From assembly GCA_964016885.1 (NCBI GenBank), contig OZ024740.1, positions 222,828,001 to 222,892,000 of the forward strand: a DNA stretch of 64,000 nucleotides. The letters run 5' to 3'. A program made the position numbers and the translations under genes. Positions within the stretch are counted from its first letter, which is position 1, and each line of letters opens with the position of its first letter. This stretch comes from Eledone cirrhosa (Eukaryota). Below, piece by piece: positions 30,357 through 44,297 of the stretch. The notes beneath the pieces were generated by a model that saw nothing but the letters and a program-made list of their open reading frames with translations, ran no database searches and was not told the DNA's origin.

Positions 30357-30625
30357 CTAGGGCGGGTAAAATTCCCGAGATCCATGGACGAGTTCTCTCC
30401 AGTGGTCTCTGTCCCTCATTATCACTGCCATGTCCTGCATCTCCAACAGACCAGTGTCTGTCCTTAGGCCATCAACATATGTTAACCTTGGTCTTCCTCT
30501 TCCAGTGTGTCCATGTCGAGAATGTTGAGAAGCCAGACGGAAGCCACTAGAATTGTCTGAGGATTTCCTGTATTTGGGAGCAAAGATTTGGAATACGGAA
30601 GATGATGTGGTTGAGAGGAAGAGCA
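30357..30625 (-). mobile_element. 3' end of a different RTE-like LINE with an inverted 5' piece; shorter copies at 44132-44290 and 61836-61910
   Basis: Minus strand GRGRPRLTYVD...MRDRDHWR then a stop directly followed by (TA)n; the + strand piece EDFLYLGAKI at 30555-30625 resembles upstream RT sequence. Confidence 0.7.
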
Positions 30626-30756
30626 TATTGATATATTTGTCAACGAAATATAACGGCTACCATTGGGTTGAGCTAAAAAATATAACCACTGTGCGCATAT
30701 ATGTATTAGTAGATATATGCAACTATAGTCGCACACAGGTATATAAACTTGACAGT

Positions 30757-31487
30757 ATGCTAACCAAAGACCATCTACCTTTGTCACTCAAGAACACTCC
30801 CATCCCATCTAGGAATACTTACGAAAGGTTGCTCATAGCTAGCGTAAACTCATTTGTTAAAAGATTAAGGTGGCGTGCTTTCCACTACGATAGGGACCAG
30901 GAAAACCCATAGCAAACAACCCGGGTAAATAGATATGGATTCAAGACATACAAGAGCCCACCGCAAAATAGTGGTTTGGATGGCTTTGAAAACGACCTTC
31001 TAAACCTAGTGAAGACTATTAGATATAGGACTAAAAGCCATAGAAAGAACCCTTTCCGTAGAGAGCTTAGCTCTATTATTAAGGGCTTCGAGGAAAATGC
31101 TAACATTCTCGTCCCCTCAGATAAAACAAAAAGTTTATATGACTTGGACTAAAAGACTTACAGAAACTTCATATACAGGGAACTCCACATAAATTATAAG
31201 AAAACTACCTATGGAAACCTAGACAAGATAAATAATTTTTAAATTTTTAAGACATTTTATGACATTATGTGCATCATGTATTATGTCTTTTTCCATATAG
31301 CGCTAGCCTCGGGACCCCCCTGCTGGTCATTTAACCTTGTTCTGGTGACGCAGCTCGATGGAGCATGCAACTACTGATATACACATGTTTATAGGCTCTG
31401 AAGATTCCTGGCATGGTGTATGGATGAAACATTGTTAGCTAATAAAACAATGTATTTCTAAGCACTCTTTGGTTATTCCTATAACTA
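30757..31487 (+). mobile_element. Internally deleted Penelope-like element: RT N-terminal region fused to an HHR-containing 3' end
   Basis: SLKNTPIP, KRLRWRA, YGFKT, FENDL and PSDKT motifs typical of the PLE N-terminus; internal stops; HHR at 31394-31440. Confidence 0.75.
31394..31440 (+). ncRNA. Minimal type I hammerhead ribozyme motif
   Basis: ggct-CTGAAGA-ttcc...ggat-GAAA-C-att-GTT-agct. Confidence 0.6.
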
Positions 31488-31694
31488 TATATATATATGT
31501 ATATAAATGGCTTCTACAGGATTAGAACGTTTCATTCAAAGGAAATTATTAGGAAACAGTTTCTAGACCTGTAGAAGTGATCTCTATATTAAATTTGTTG
31601 TTTACATTCTACTAATGTATTGAGTACCTTATTTACTGTGGTTACCCTTAATTGCACCTGGAACTCAAATATATATATATATATATATATATAT

Positions 31695-34600
31695 GTGGAT
31701 AAGATAATAGACGTAAATTGAGTGAACGACGGAATAATTAAAATAAGACTTGTTCTAAATAGAACTACTGTGACAGTAATATCTGCATATGCACCCCAAT
31801 CCGGACAGCCAGGCGCTATATAATTATTGCTGGCGACCTAAATGGTCACGTTAGACAACATTGGGATGGCCATGACGGAATCCATGGAGGCTATGGGTTT
31901 GGTACTAGAAATGAGTAAGGCTCCAGAATCTCGGAATTCTGTGACGCAAATAACCTAACTATCTGTAACACTAACTTAAAAAAATGAGACAATCGCTTGA
32001 TCACCTATAGATCAGGGGAACACGCCAGCCAGGTAGATTATATCCTTACCAGAAGACGTGACAGAGTGTCTGTTGTAAACACTAAATCCCTCCCCCATGA
32101 ATAATGCACCTCTCAACATAGACTCATAATTAGCGACCTCGTAGTCAGGACGAGACGTACTCAACAACAGAAGAGGACTATCCTCAGAAGAAAAATATGG
32201 AAGCTAAAGGACCGCACAGCCAGTAATAAATTTAAAAGCATATTACTTGATGCTTTCGACAGTAAGGAAAATCAATTAGAGTCGTACAATATAGAGGAAC
32301 AGTGGGAATTCCTGAAAGCAAACCTTCTGATGGGGGCAGATGAAGTCTGTGGCTGGAGAAGGCCTATAGGCAGGAGGAGAGTAACGTGGTGGTGGAACAG
32401 TAAGGTGGAGGATTCAATTAAGGTAAAAAAGCAGGCTTGGAAAGTATGGCGGGATGGGGGAAGTAGAGAAGACTATCAAGTGGCCAGGAGGGAAGACAGG
32501 AGTCAAGTGTACTTTGCAAGAAGGGAAACAGAGGAAAGAAAGTTCAAGCATGTTCTACAATGCGAGGAACAAAAACGTGAGGTGTTCAGGATTGCTAGGC
32601 AATGTGTCAAGGAAAACCGTGATATTGTCGGGGAAAAGTGTGTCCTTAATCATAAGGGTGTACTTGCCATCACTGACGCTGATAAGAAGGTAGCTTGGAA
32701 GTGTCACTACGAAAGGTTACTAAATGAGGAGAATAAATGGGAGAAAGACAGTCTCCCCCACATCGACCCAATAGAGGGACCAGCAGTGTTAGTTGAAGGT
32801 AGTATAATAAGTAAGGCAATCAAAGATATGAAGACCGGTAAGGCGGCTGGGCCTTCGGAAATAGTTGCTGAAATGCTGAAAGCTTCTGGAACGGTGGGAC
32901 ACACTATGGTCACCCAGATAGTAATCCAAGTCATACAGAATGAGGTTGTTCTGAAGGACTGGCATAGCAGCATCATCATTAACTGCTACAAGGGTAAAGG
33001 AGATGCCTTAGATAGGGGTAACTATAGAGGCATTAAATTAATCGACCAGGTCATGAAGGTCACAGAAAAAGTAATAGCGCAACTAATCAGAGAGCGTATT
33101 GATCTAGATGAGATGCAGTTCGGATTTGTGTCAGGTAAAAGTACCACAGACGCTCTTTTCATTGTACGACAACTACAGGAGAAGTACCTAGCTAAAAGTA
33201 AACCCCTATACTTAGCTTTTGTCGACTTGGAGAAAGCCTTTGACAGAATCCCCCGTTCCATTATCTGGTGGGCTCTTAGAAAACTAGGTGTTGATGAATG
33301 GCTTGTGAGAGCTATACAAGCCATGTATAAAGAAACAGTCAGCAAGGTTAGAATTAACAACGAATATAGTGAAGAGTTTAGCGTAAAAGTTGGTGTTCAT
33401 CAGGGCTCCGTTCTTTGCCACCTACGATTTATTATTGCCCTTCAGCCTATAACAGAGGAGTTCAAGACTGGCTGCCCATGGGAACTCCTATATGCAGATG
33501 ATCTAACGCTCATAGGTGAATCAATGGCTGAACTAGAGAAGAAATTCCAAACATGGAAGCATGGCCTAGAATCAAAAGGCCTTAAAATTATTTGTTTAAG
33601 ACTAAAGTTCTAGTTTGTAGGAAGGAAAATAGGGCACCAGTCCCATCCGGGAAATGGCCATGCTCAGTGTGTAGGAAAGGAGTAGGCAGAAACTCCATTT
33701 TATGTCCCAGATGCGAAGTATGGGTGCATAAAAGATGTATTGGGATCACAAGTAAGCTTACTAAGAATATAGTTTTATATGTGGCTAGTGCGCTGGTACA
33801 ATAAGAAGCAGCAAATGCCCATAGAATACTAGCTAATTCCATTGCACAGATGGTTCTATAGAAATAGTAGACACCTTCCATTACCTGGGTGACAAAATCA
33901 GCAGTGGGGGAGGGTGCTCTGAAAGTACAGTAGCTAGTGTCAGAACTGGATGGAAAAAGTTCAGAGAGCTTATACCACTATTAGCTGCTAAAGGGTTCTC
34001 TCTAAAAATGAAAGGCAGGCTGTATGATGCTTGCATACGAACAGCAATGTTACATGGCAGTGAGACCTGGGCATTGTGTGCAGAGGATATACGCAGACTG
34101 GAGAGGAACAAAGCTTGCATGCTCCGCTGGATGTGTAATAGTAATATACGTGAACGGCAAAGCATAAACGAACTAAGGAAAACATTTAGGAATAAGAGGG
34201 ATCAGATGTTGTTTACTCGAGAGAAGGCTAGGTTGGTACGGTCACGTGATGCGCATGAAAGACGACAGCTTTATAAAAATGTGGAAGGCAATAAAAATAG
34301 ACGGTAGCCACGGAGTAGGCAGACCCAGAAAAACCTGGGACGACTTGATAAATTCCGACCTCACACACTTACACCTCTCCAAGACAATGTCACTGGACCG
34401 AGATCTTTGGAGCTACACAGTAATACAGAAGACCCGCCTTACCTAAGTACAAAGTGAAACCTACTACAGTCAGTAGGCACCTCTAACAAAAATACACCCC
34501 GTCCCACTACCCCCACCCCATCCACACCACCCCTTTCAATGTAAAGTTATGCTGGTACCACAACATCCAGTCCGAAACAAATGAGGTCGTGTAGGTGTCA

Positions 34601-34834
34601 CGATAAAAAAAAACACAGTCCACGCTGTAATGTGGCCGTGTAGGTAACACGGTGAAAACCTCCCAGTCCACACTGTAAATGTGGTTGGTGTTAGGAAGGG
34701 CATCCAGCCGTAGATAACCCGCCAGACAGTCCTATGCGAGCAAGACAACCACTCTTGCCTCAAGTGGGAAAACTCCCGTCCAAACCCATGCAAGTGTGGA
34801 AGATGGACGTTAAACGATGATGATGATGATGATG
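31695..34834 (+). mobile_element. RTE-clade LINE, 5'-truncated
   Basis: Partial APE domain, 427-aa open RT segment, C-terminus, 3' UTR and (GAT)n; starts at a (TA)n tract. Confidence 0.95.
32330..33613 (+). pseudogene. RTE reverse transcriptase ORF remnant
   Basis: NYRGIKL, QFGF, DLEKAFD, GVHQGS and YADD motifs; flanked by stops and frameshifts. Confidence 0.9.
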
Positions 34835-35954
34835 CTATATATATAACACCAGAAATCATGGTCCTGTGTCATCGCCTTTGCACCTCTCAAAGGCAATTAC
34901 ACAGTAATACCATGTTGAGACATACATCTGATATGTGTCACCGCCCACTTTATCACCCCTTCCTCATCCGAACCAAGACCTAACATCCACCCCTTACTCA
35001 AGCTGCTATATCTACCTCCACAATCGCCATGCACCTGCGCCAGTAAGGTCCCCAGTTCACACTTTATAGTGGGCGTTTTGGTGCCACAACAAAAATGCAG
35101 TCCAACCTGGAAAGTGTTCATATAAATGTCACAACAAAAAGCACCCAGCCCTCACTGTTAAGTGTTTATATAGGTGACACAATAAAAAGTCCCCAGAACA
35201 CATAGTGAATATGGTTGGTGTTAGGAAGAGCATCCAGCCATAGAAACCAAGTGTGTGTATATATATATATCATCATCACTGTTTAACATCTATTTTCCAT
35301 GCTAACATGGGTTAAATGAGCTGTCCCGATGTGAGATAAGCTAGGTCAGATGACCATGTCTTGCTAGCACATATAATGACTATGTGTCTCCATAGCAAAG
35401 TTCAATGGATGTTTGGCCAGAGCATCAATAACTCAAATTAAAAGATATATATATCTAGAGAGAGAGATTAAGAGCCATATATCGTTTGAGAAACACATAG
35501 TATTTTGTACATATATATAAATCACATAATATTTAGGAGAAAGTACATACTTTCAGGTGGAATTTCCACCTTAAACTATGTACATTTCCCTAAATATTAT
35601 GTGCTTTATATATATGTACAAAAACTATATATTTCTCTTACTATATATGGCACTTTATCTATCTCAGTCTATACATATATCTTTTAATTTAAATTATATA
35701 AATATAATACTGCTGCTGTTAGACATATTCAATTTTAGGTTGCCATGCTTGTGTGATGTTACTTTTGCTCCCCTATCATTTTCTACATTATATATTATAT
35801 ACAATGCTTCAAGCATACTACAGCGTTCTATTTTATATATATATAGTTCAAGGAGACAACAAACATGTATGTATGTATGTATATGTACGTATATATGCAT
35901 GTACTTCAATGAAAAATACGAGAAGGTTGGATTCCAATAATTTCCTTTATTGAT

Positions 35955-36618
35955 GCATACCTGGGCACCGTGAGCAGAAGAATTGCATAGAATAGAAAGA
36001 AATGAAGCCTGCATGCTCTGATGGTTATAAAATAGTAATATACGACAAAGCATAAACGAATTGAGAAAGAGACTGAGCATAAGAGGAATCAAATGCTGTG
36101 TGCAGGAGAGGAGGTTGCTTTGGTGTGGACATGTGATGCATATGAAGGATGACAGCTGCATAAAAAGGTGCAGAGAACTAGAAGTTGATGGACGCCATGG
36201 AGTGGGGAGACCCAAGAAGACCTGGGGTGAGGTGGTAAAAGCTGACCTTGCCCAATTGCACCTCTCAAAGACGATACACAGGACCGTGACCTCTGGCGTC
36301 ACGCAGGAATAAAGAAGACCCAACTTCCCATGGGAACAAGCCAAAGCTGAAGCATATAGACAATATGCCCCCACTGAAAAGTGGTTGTGGAGGTGTCACA
36401 ACAAAAAAGCACCCAGCCCACACTGTAAAGTGGTTCTGTAGGCACCACGGAAAAAAGCACCCAGCACTCACTAATGAGGTTTGTTTTAAGAAGGGCATCT
36501 TGCTTAGAAATCAAGCCAAATCAGTTCCCATATGAGCTGACATTGCCCACAACAGGACAACTCGTCTAACACATGCTAGACTGGAAGAACGGACGTAAAA
36601 CGGTGATGACAATGATGA
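35955..36618 (+). mobile_element. RTE LINE 3' fragment, older subfamily
   Basis: RRLLWCGHVMHM...GRPKKTW followed by a diverged 3' UTR. Confidence 0.8.
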
Positions 36619-37346
36619 ATACATATTTTTGTGGCTGATTAACCTCTGTATGGAGGCAAGGCATACTAGCGACACCATAGCTGGTTTGGCTGTCACTCTA
36701 TCATTACCTTTTTGTTCTTATTTTTGCTGTGCCCAGTAAGGATTACTTAACTAAATCTAACTTTTTCATTACTTCTAATGACATTGCTTATTGTTTTGCA
36801 TCATAGTCTGACAATGTATATTAATCAGCCACAGTTATATATATTATGTAACAAAGGAAGTTCTTGCAATCCGGCTTCTCATGTTTTTAATAGAAATATT
36901 TAACTTCGTTCCTGTACTACCCACAAGACACCACATCTATAATGGAAGATACACACCAAATGTTGAGTGATTTTTGCTTATTACATTAAGGTCTGCTGAT
37001 CAGAATGACTGGATCACAAATCCAGCTACTTATTAATTAAACCATACAATGCAAAGAATATATATATATATATAGTCTTTTTCAAGACTATACAGAGCAT
37101 TTGTAGTGTCCCAAATTGAAGGATGAGTATTTTAAACTTTATTTTATCATGAGTTAAGGCTCTATTGATTTTTCCCTGGATTTCACTAAATTCTGTTGGA
37201 TAAATCTATATCCTGATTTTTTTAAAATTGAGTTTGAATTAGTTTTCCCACATCTTACGTTAACTATTTTCCCATTTTGATGCTATAGTCACTTATATAT
37301 TATGGAATACTGTTGGCTTCTTGCTACAATACTTTCTATAACTTTC

Positions 37347-37403
<57 letters not shown>

Positions 37404-37604
37404 AGAGATTATAGTAGTGATTGGATTTTGTTAGTGGAAATCTATGACTGTGTCAACATGCAGTGGTTTTTGACTCAACAAGTGAATGACTTATAGTTTT
37501 TATGGGGTGATCAACTGTGGGTACAATGAAGGTAATGCTAAGAGTGTTTATATATAATATAAATCACATGAACACATCAATTTAATATTTAAAGGACTAA
37601 CATT

Positions 37605-37651
<47 letters not shown>

Positions 37652-37660
37652 TATATATAT

Positions 37661-37892
37661 ATCATCATCATCATCATCATCATCATCATCGTTTAACGTC
37701 CATCTTCCACGCTTGCATGGGTTTGGACGGGAGGTTTCCCACTTGAGGCAAGATTTGTTGTCCTGCTCGTATAGGACTGTCTGGCAGGTTTTCTACGGCT
37801 GGATGCCCTTCCTAACACCAACCACGTTTACAGTGTGGACTGGGAGGTTTTTACCGTGTTTCCTACATGGCCACATTACAGCGTGGACTGTG
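37661..37892 (-). mobile_element. RTE LINE 3' UTR fragment inside (TA)n
   Basis: Reverse complement of about 18188-18406. Confidence 0.9.
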
Positions 37893-39344
37893 TATATATA
37901 TATATATATATAATTGAAGCTCTGAATAATTGATCAGTGTGCTATCTTCAAATGCTAAATTAATCACTTTCTGTAGATATAGCTTTGAAACACATGATTC
38001 AATATACCATTACCCAAGCTTGATACCCTACATGAAGATGGACTCTCAAGAAAGCACTGTCTTAAATTCAAAACCCACTTTGTAGTATATGTGTGCACAT
38101 TAATATTCATCTATACTGAGTTAAGAACATTTGAAATCTTTTCCATTCTCAATTGTTAAAAAACAATTTTAAATAATTTAATCATCCATTCATAACGTAC
38201 GTTATGTTTTGGTTACATACACACACATCTGCACGCAAATACATAAGCAGATACAGACGAGCAAACACACAGATACACACATACACCCACACACACCTAC
38301 TCATACATATTCATAAATCGACACATTATACAAAATAATTTTTTCATACACATTCATCTATGCAATGATTGAAGAAGGAAGGGGCTGGTGAAACGCTGTA
38401 GCGATGTGTGTGTGTTTTTGTGTGAGTCTATTTCCACAACTGTACATGGTGGATTGGCAACTTTTCAGTTTTTCTTCTACTTCAGCAAAGGAACTGGAAT
38501 TATCTCCAGCACTGAATTCCATGGTCTAAGAAATTTAGCAAATTTTAGCAGAGTCAAATATTTTCGAAATTAAGAATTTTACAGAAAGTCACGACCAGGG
38601 TTAAAGACAGTAATCTGGGTTCCAAAACACTATCTATTAGGTTCTGGGATCCCGGGTAGAGTTGCTTTAGGGTTTACCAGCTACATAGCCTATGCATTTA
38701 ATTAAATTAATGATCCTTTATTTTTACTTTATTCACATGATTGCTAGTGAAGGATTGCCAAGTACTCCAAGTAGACAGTAATTACAGATGAGGAAGATTG
38801 ACAAAAACATGGGCAGAAACAGCAAAAGCTGATCTCAAATCACTGAACTTCACAGAGTAGATAACAAACAAATGCCATAAGCTGGAGAAGAATAATCCAA
38901 ACAATGCAAGTATATAAAAGTAATGATGATAATGAGCAGGGAATGTGGTGCAGATATAAAATATTAGAGCACAATGGGTGTCCCATAATCGGATCTGCAC
39001 AACACATGCCAGGAGAGCCCCTCATCTCCATTGATAGGAAATGAAAGACAGCTCAGCATGCAACTGTTGGGACCTGGACCAGATAACTCTGCATGTTGTT
39101 CAGGACTTCCCCCTCAGATGTTTTCCTGGTGGCCTGGAGGCAATCCATTATACTATGAATGACACCTTAATCTGGCCCATTGATCTCTATCTGTCTCTCT
39201 AACCATTGTGCATATGTCATACAAGAAGAAGAAGAAGAGCACAGTGTAAAGTTTTTCTCAGTTAAAACAATGTCAGATATTCTACTACTGGCATCACAAA
39301 GATAATATTCCTGATCACTGTTCTATATAACTGAAACCTTATAC

Positions 39345-39560
39345 CTGATCGAATATATGTCTGAGATGAGTCATTATTAATATAATGATATTTTTTCGGG
39401 CTATTAACCCCATCTTTATATTGTTTTGTATCTACAATAAGTTTTGAGCTCTTTGATATCCAATCATCATTATGTGTCTTATTCTTGAATGTAGACATAG
39501 TCACAGGCTTGATTTGAACTATGTACACATCCATTTGATGGCAATCTCAAATGATGACAG
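39345..39560 (-). CDS. Candidate host-gene exon (unassigned)
   Basis: ttcAG acceptor, ATG at 39534, open frame MDVYIVQIKPV...SQTYIRS and CAG|gtataag donor; no recognisable domain. Confidence 0.2.
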
Positions 39561-41417
39561 CTGAATTGTAGTGTAAACATTGTTATAATACACTCTAAAG
39601 ATGAGTTTAATGTTCCATAAAATGATAAGCCAAAGCTTCACACTTATATAAAATATCATCTGTATCACCAAGATTGTAACTAACATGATTACTCATTATC
39701 ATTTATTTTTATTTCTGTTTATCCACTCAGGCATAATTTGGATATATCTTCAGAAAATTGTATCAACTCACTCTGATCTCTGCCAGCTTGTCTGTGAGGT
39801 CTATCCTGACGATGACAATGACAACAATAATGATGGTGCCATCACCACCTCCACTTCCATTGTCACCACCATCTGTTTTTCCATGCTGGCATGAGTTGGA
39901 TGGATATTTTCATTTTTAAGAGAGCACATGAAAGGAAGTGTATGATCACTAGATGACAGTTGAGCATATCTTACACATGGTTAGATATTTCCTTTTAACC
40001 ACACCACTAACATGGATCCAGTTAGTCTTGTTTATACTTCTTGGATTTATCAGTGCATTTTGACTTTTATAGTCTGGGCAAGGTTTTATCTGCTTCCTAT
40101 CACTGACCACTTTATAATATCAACTGGGTACACAAGAATATTTCAGAACTGAAATGACACCTGTAAATTATGACATGGTTTCTTTGTTTTTGTCAAAGCT
40201 ACCTTTCTACTATACAGGCAATGTTCTGTATCATTTACTGAGTCTTTGTCCCTTCCATGCAGGTGTTTATACTGAATTATTAACCAGCATTATGAATGCT
40301 AAATGAATCCATTTATCCCATGACATTTCTAATCTAACTCCACGACAAACACTCCATTTTACCAAACTAACAACTCTTTTCCTCCAACTACAGCATAAAT
40401 TGTGAAGGTGTGTAACTTAAGGGTTAGGCTATTACACTCACCATCGTAAGGTTGTTGGTTTCATCCCTAGATTGGGTGGCATATGTTGCCCTTGGGTGAG
40501 ACACATCATTTCATGTTGGGTCAGTGCATGCAGCTGCTTAGTTTTGGACTGTCAGCAAATAGTGTAAATTAGTTGAACAAATGTCACTGCTTTGTTTTTC
40601 TATTATCCCAGATGTTAGTGGTGGATTGGCCATATTGGTAGAGCATCTGACAACTTGCTTTGCAGCATAGAGTAATGGTCCTTTCTGTTCTCGGCTCAAA
40701 TCCCACAGTGGTTAGCTTTGCCTGTCATCCTTATGGGGTCACTAAAATAAAGTACCTGTAATGCACTGGCGTCAATTTAATGTGACCCAGTACAACTAGT
40801 CAGTTGTTCGGGTTGTTTCTTACTAACTGGCAACCTCACTAAGCTGATTTGGTAGGGAGGAGGATGTTAAAACCTACAAAACAGAAGATGGGGTTGAATT
40901 TTCAGCTGTGTCAAAGACAGGACAAACTCCCAATGCTGGTGTCATGATAAATGCACTCAGTAGATTGTGAGAACCTATATATATGAGATGAGGGCACCAG
41001 ATCATCTAAGAGGGCAAGAATTCTGAGTATTAATTCTTCTGTGAAGACCCAACAAACCTTTGCTAAATGGTAAACAGATTTAAATGATGATGATGTTGAT
41101 AATGATGACTCTTCTTTCCAATATACATCAGTCAAGGAGATCAATATAACAGTCTCATGGAATCATATGTCCTATTAGAAATAATAGTCAAGTCTTTTTT
41201 CTTATATCACAATCTACTATCCTTTAAAAAGATTGCAGGTCATATCAGGACATGTTGTATCATGCTAAACACTCTCCCGAGACCAGAGCTTATCATGATT
41301 TTGAGTAGTTTGAAAGCAACCAAGAGTATAATCCATCTAGTTAATCCATGCTTGCTAATTGTAATGTTAACCACTTATAACTCATATATATATACACACA
41401 TATATGTATGTATATAC

Positions 41418-41448
<31 letters not shown>

Positions 41449-42585
41449 TGTATGTATATACATATATATATATATATATACACCCTGCTCCGTTAATGTC
41501 CTATCGACACCAAAGTTCAACGTTTGGGCGAATAGATTTGAATCCAACCACCAACAACATAGCTGGATGACCGATAATCACACCAAACCGGAGTACTGTG
41601 ATCCTTGTGACTTCCAAATATACAACCACTGACACTGTCACGAAGACCAGGAAACCATACTCCATATATTGAACCAATTGATTGATTTGTGCGAACAAAA
41701 TAACACCAAACACATATTGAACTAGAAATATTGGTTCCTCGGTCAATGTCCGGGTGAGCAAAAATTGACTTCTATCTGCATTGGAATTTACAAACTTGTG
41801 CATCTGCTGTGGTGTCAAAAACAAACGCACATGACCGCACAGATAAACAATGGACCATGCCACGTGGCCTGAACCCGTAAGTGAATTGAAGGTTTTGCAA
41901 CTCTGATACACATATTGTTTATTATTTATTATTAAGATGTATAAACTGGACACAACTGTTATCATCCTATATTCTCTCAACGAATCACACTTGATCATAT
42001 TTCTCTATCCTGTTTTCTACCCCCATAATTATTATATTTTTATTATTTTTTATTATTGTTTGAAAAAAATCGTTTTTTTTACATTGTGTTCTCCCCTCCA
42101 AATATTCGCTTATATTTCCTTATATATTCTCTATATATTTTTTATCTTTATTATTATTTCCACTTTTATCCTCCTTTATATTTTACCTTATTCTTACCTT
42201 TACACCTTATTATAGTGTAATCTTCCCCATGCCTTATTATACACTATTAATTATAGATTATTATTATTACTCTTTTTCCATTTCTAATTACCTCATGTAC
42301 CTTCTCCTCCGCTATATGCATATATGTATTCTACGCCCTTTGTGTTTGTGTAGCCTCTGCGCACCCTCTGTACCATACTATCCACGCCACCCCATCTATG
42401 GTTCAGCTAACCACCCGACCCCCGGGAATGAATATGACCGCAGCTAGTAAACAAGGACCAACACCCCACCCTCCCGCACCAAAATTAGACTTATCGTCCC
42501 CTACTTTTGCTCTTTACTCTCTTTACTCTTTGTTCTTGGGTGTTTGGTTGGTAGAGTCCATAACACCAATCAAACCCCTTTTATA

Positions 42586-42632
42586 GCTCTGATGAATCCT
42601 ACGGTTACACGTAAGGAAGAAACATTGTTAGC
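42586..42632 (+). ncRNA. Minimal type I hammerhead ribozyme motif
   Basis: gct-CTGATGA-atcctacg...cgtaaggaa-GAAA-C-att-GTT-agc. Confidence 0.65.
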
Positions 42633-42673
42633 CAATAAAAATATTTTTATGTTGTAGACGCTCTTGTGTTCTT

Positions 42674-42734
<61 letters not shown>

Positions 42735-42776
42735 AAAGAACACAAGAGCGTCTACAACATAAAAATATTTTTATTG

Positions 42777-42821
42777 GCTTACAATGTTTCTTCCTTACGT
42801 AACCGTAGGATTCGTCAGAGC
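42777..42821 (-). ncRNA. Minimal type I hammerhead ribozyme motif
   Basis: gct-CTGACGA-atcctacg...cgtaaggaa-GAAA-C-att-GTA-agc. Confidence 0.7.
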
Positions 42822-43143
42822 TATAAAAGGGGTTTGATTGGTGTTATGGACTCGACCAACCAAACATTCAAGAACAAAGAGTAAAGAGAGTAAAGAGCAA
42901 AAGCAGGGGACGATAAGTCTAATTTTGGTGCGGGAGGGTGGGGTTTGGGTCCTTGTTTACTAGCTGTGGTCATATTCATTCCCGGGAGTCGACTGGTTAG
43001 TTGAGCCATAGATGGGGTGGCGTCGATAGTAGGGTGCAGAGGGTGTGCAGAGGCTACACACACACAAAAGGCATACAATATATATATAATGGAGGAGGTA
43101 ATTAGAAATGGAAAAAGAGTAATAATAATAATCTATAATTAAT

Positions 43144-43327
43144 TGTTTCTACTTTAGGCACAAGGCCAGCAATTATCCAGTGTATTACTGGTACTTTATT
43201 TTATCGACCCCGTAAGGATGAAAGGCAAAGTCAACCTCGGCGGGATTTGAACTCAGATCGTAAAGGGACGTAACTATGCTGGAAAGCATGGCGTCCGACC
43301 CTCTACCGATACTGCCAATCCACCGCC
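43144..43327 (-). mobile_element. SINE family B with an 11-bp target-site duplication
   Basis: ctataattaat at 43133-43143 and 43328-43338; the empty site is visible in the sister arm near 42246-42256. Confidence 0.9.
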
Positions 43328-44098
43328 CTATAATTAATAATGTATAATAAGGCATGGGGAAGATTACACTATAATAAGGTATAAAGGTAAGAATAAGGTA
43401 AAATATAAAGGAGGATAAAAGTGAAAATAAGAATAAAGATAAAAAATATATATAAAAAATATATAGAGAATATATAAAGAAATATAAGCAGGTATTAGGA
43501 GGGGAAAACACAATGTAAAAAAACACAATGTAAAAAAACCGATCTTTTCAAACAGAAATGTTATAAATATAGGGGGAGAAAACGGGTTAGAGAAATATAA
43601 TCGAATGTGATTATTTGAGAGAATATAAGATGATAATAGTTATGTCAAGTTTATACATCCTAATAATAAACATAATCTGTATATCAGAGTTACACATCCT
43701 TCAATTCACCTGCAGGTTCAAGCCACGTGGTATAGTCTATTGTTCATCCGTGCGGTCATGTGCGTTTGTTTTTGACACCACAGCAGATGCACAAGTTCGT
43801 AAATTCCAATGCAGATAGAAATTTATTTTTGCTCACCCAGAATTGACGGAGGATCCAATATTCCTAGTTCAATATGTGTGTGGTGTTATTTTGGTCGCGC
43901 AAATCAATCACTTGGTTCAATATTATGGAGTATGGTTTTCAGGTCTTCGTAACAGTGTCAGTGGTTGTATATCTCGAAATCACAAGGATCACAGTACTCC
44001 GCTTTGGTGTGATTATCGGTCATCCAACTATGTTGTCGGTGGTTGGATTCAATTCTATTGTCCCGAACGTAGAACTTTGGTGTCGATTGAACATTAAC

Positions 44099-44134
<36 letters not shown>

Positions 44135-44297
44135 AAGGCGGGTAAAATTCCCGAGATCCATGGACGAGTTCTCTCCAGCGGTCTCTGTCCCTCATTATCG
44201 CTGCCATGTCCTGCATCTCCAACAGACCAGTGTCTGTCCTTAGGGCATCAACATACGTTAACCTTGGTCTTCCTCTTCTAGTGTGTCCATGTATATA

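Larger units (their letters stand above)
41481..44100. mobile_element. Tail-to-tail pair of a ~1.2-kb HHR-bearing retroelement around a (TA)n spacer
   Basis: 41491-42678 (+) and 42731-44100 (-) are diverged inverted copies, with an HHR about 45 nt from each 3' end. Confidence 0.8.

Noticed and set aside
36628-36832. 13-bp inverted repeat tgtggctgattaa/ttaatcagccaca about 200 bp apart
   Set aside because: Single copy with no TSD or HHR; cannot distinguish a MITE, a fold-back or chance.
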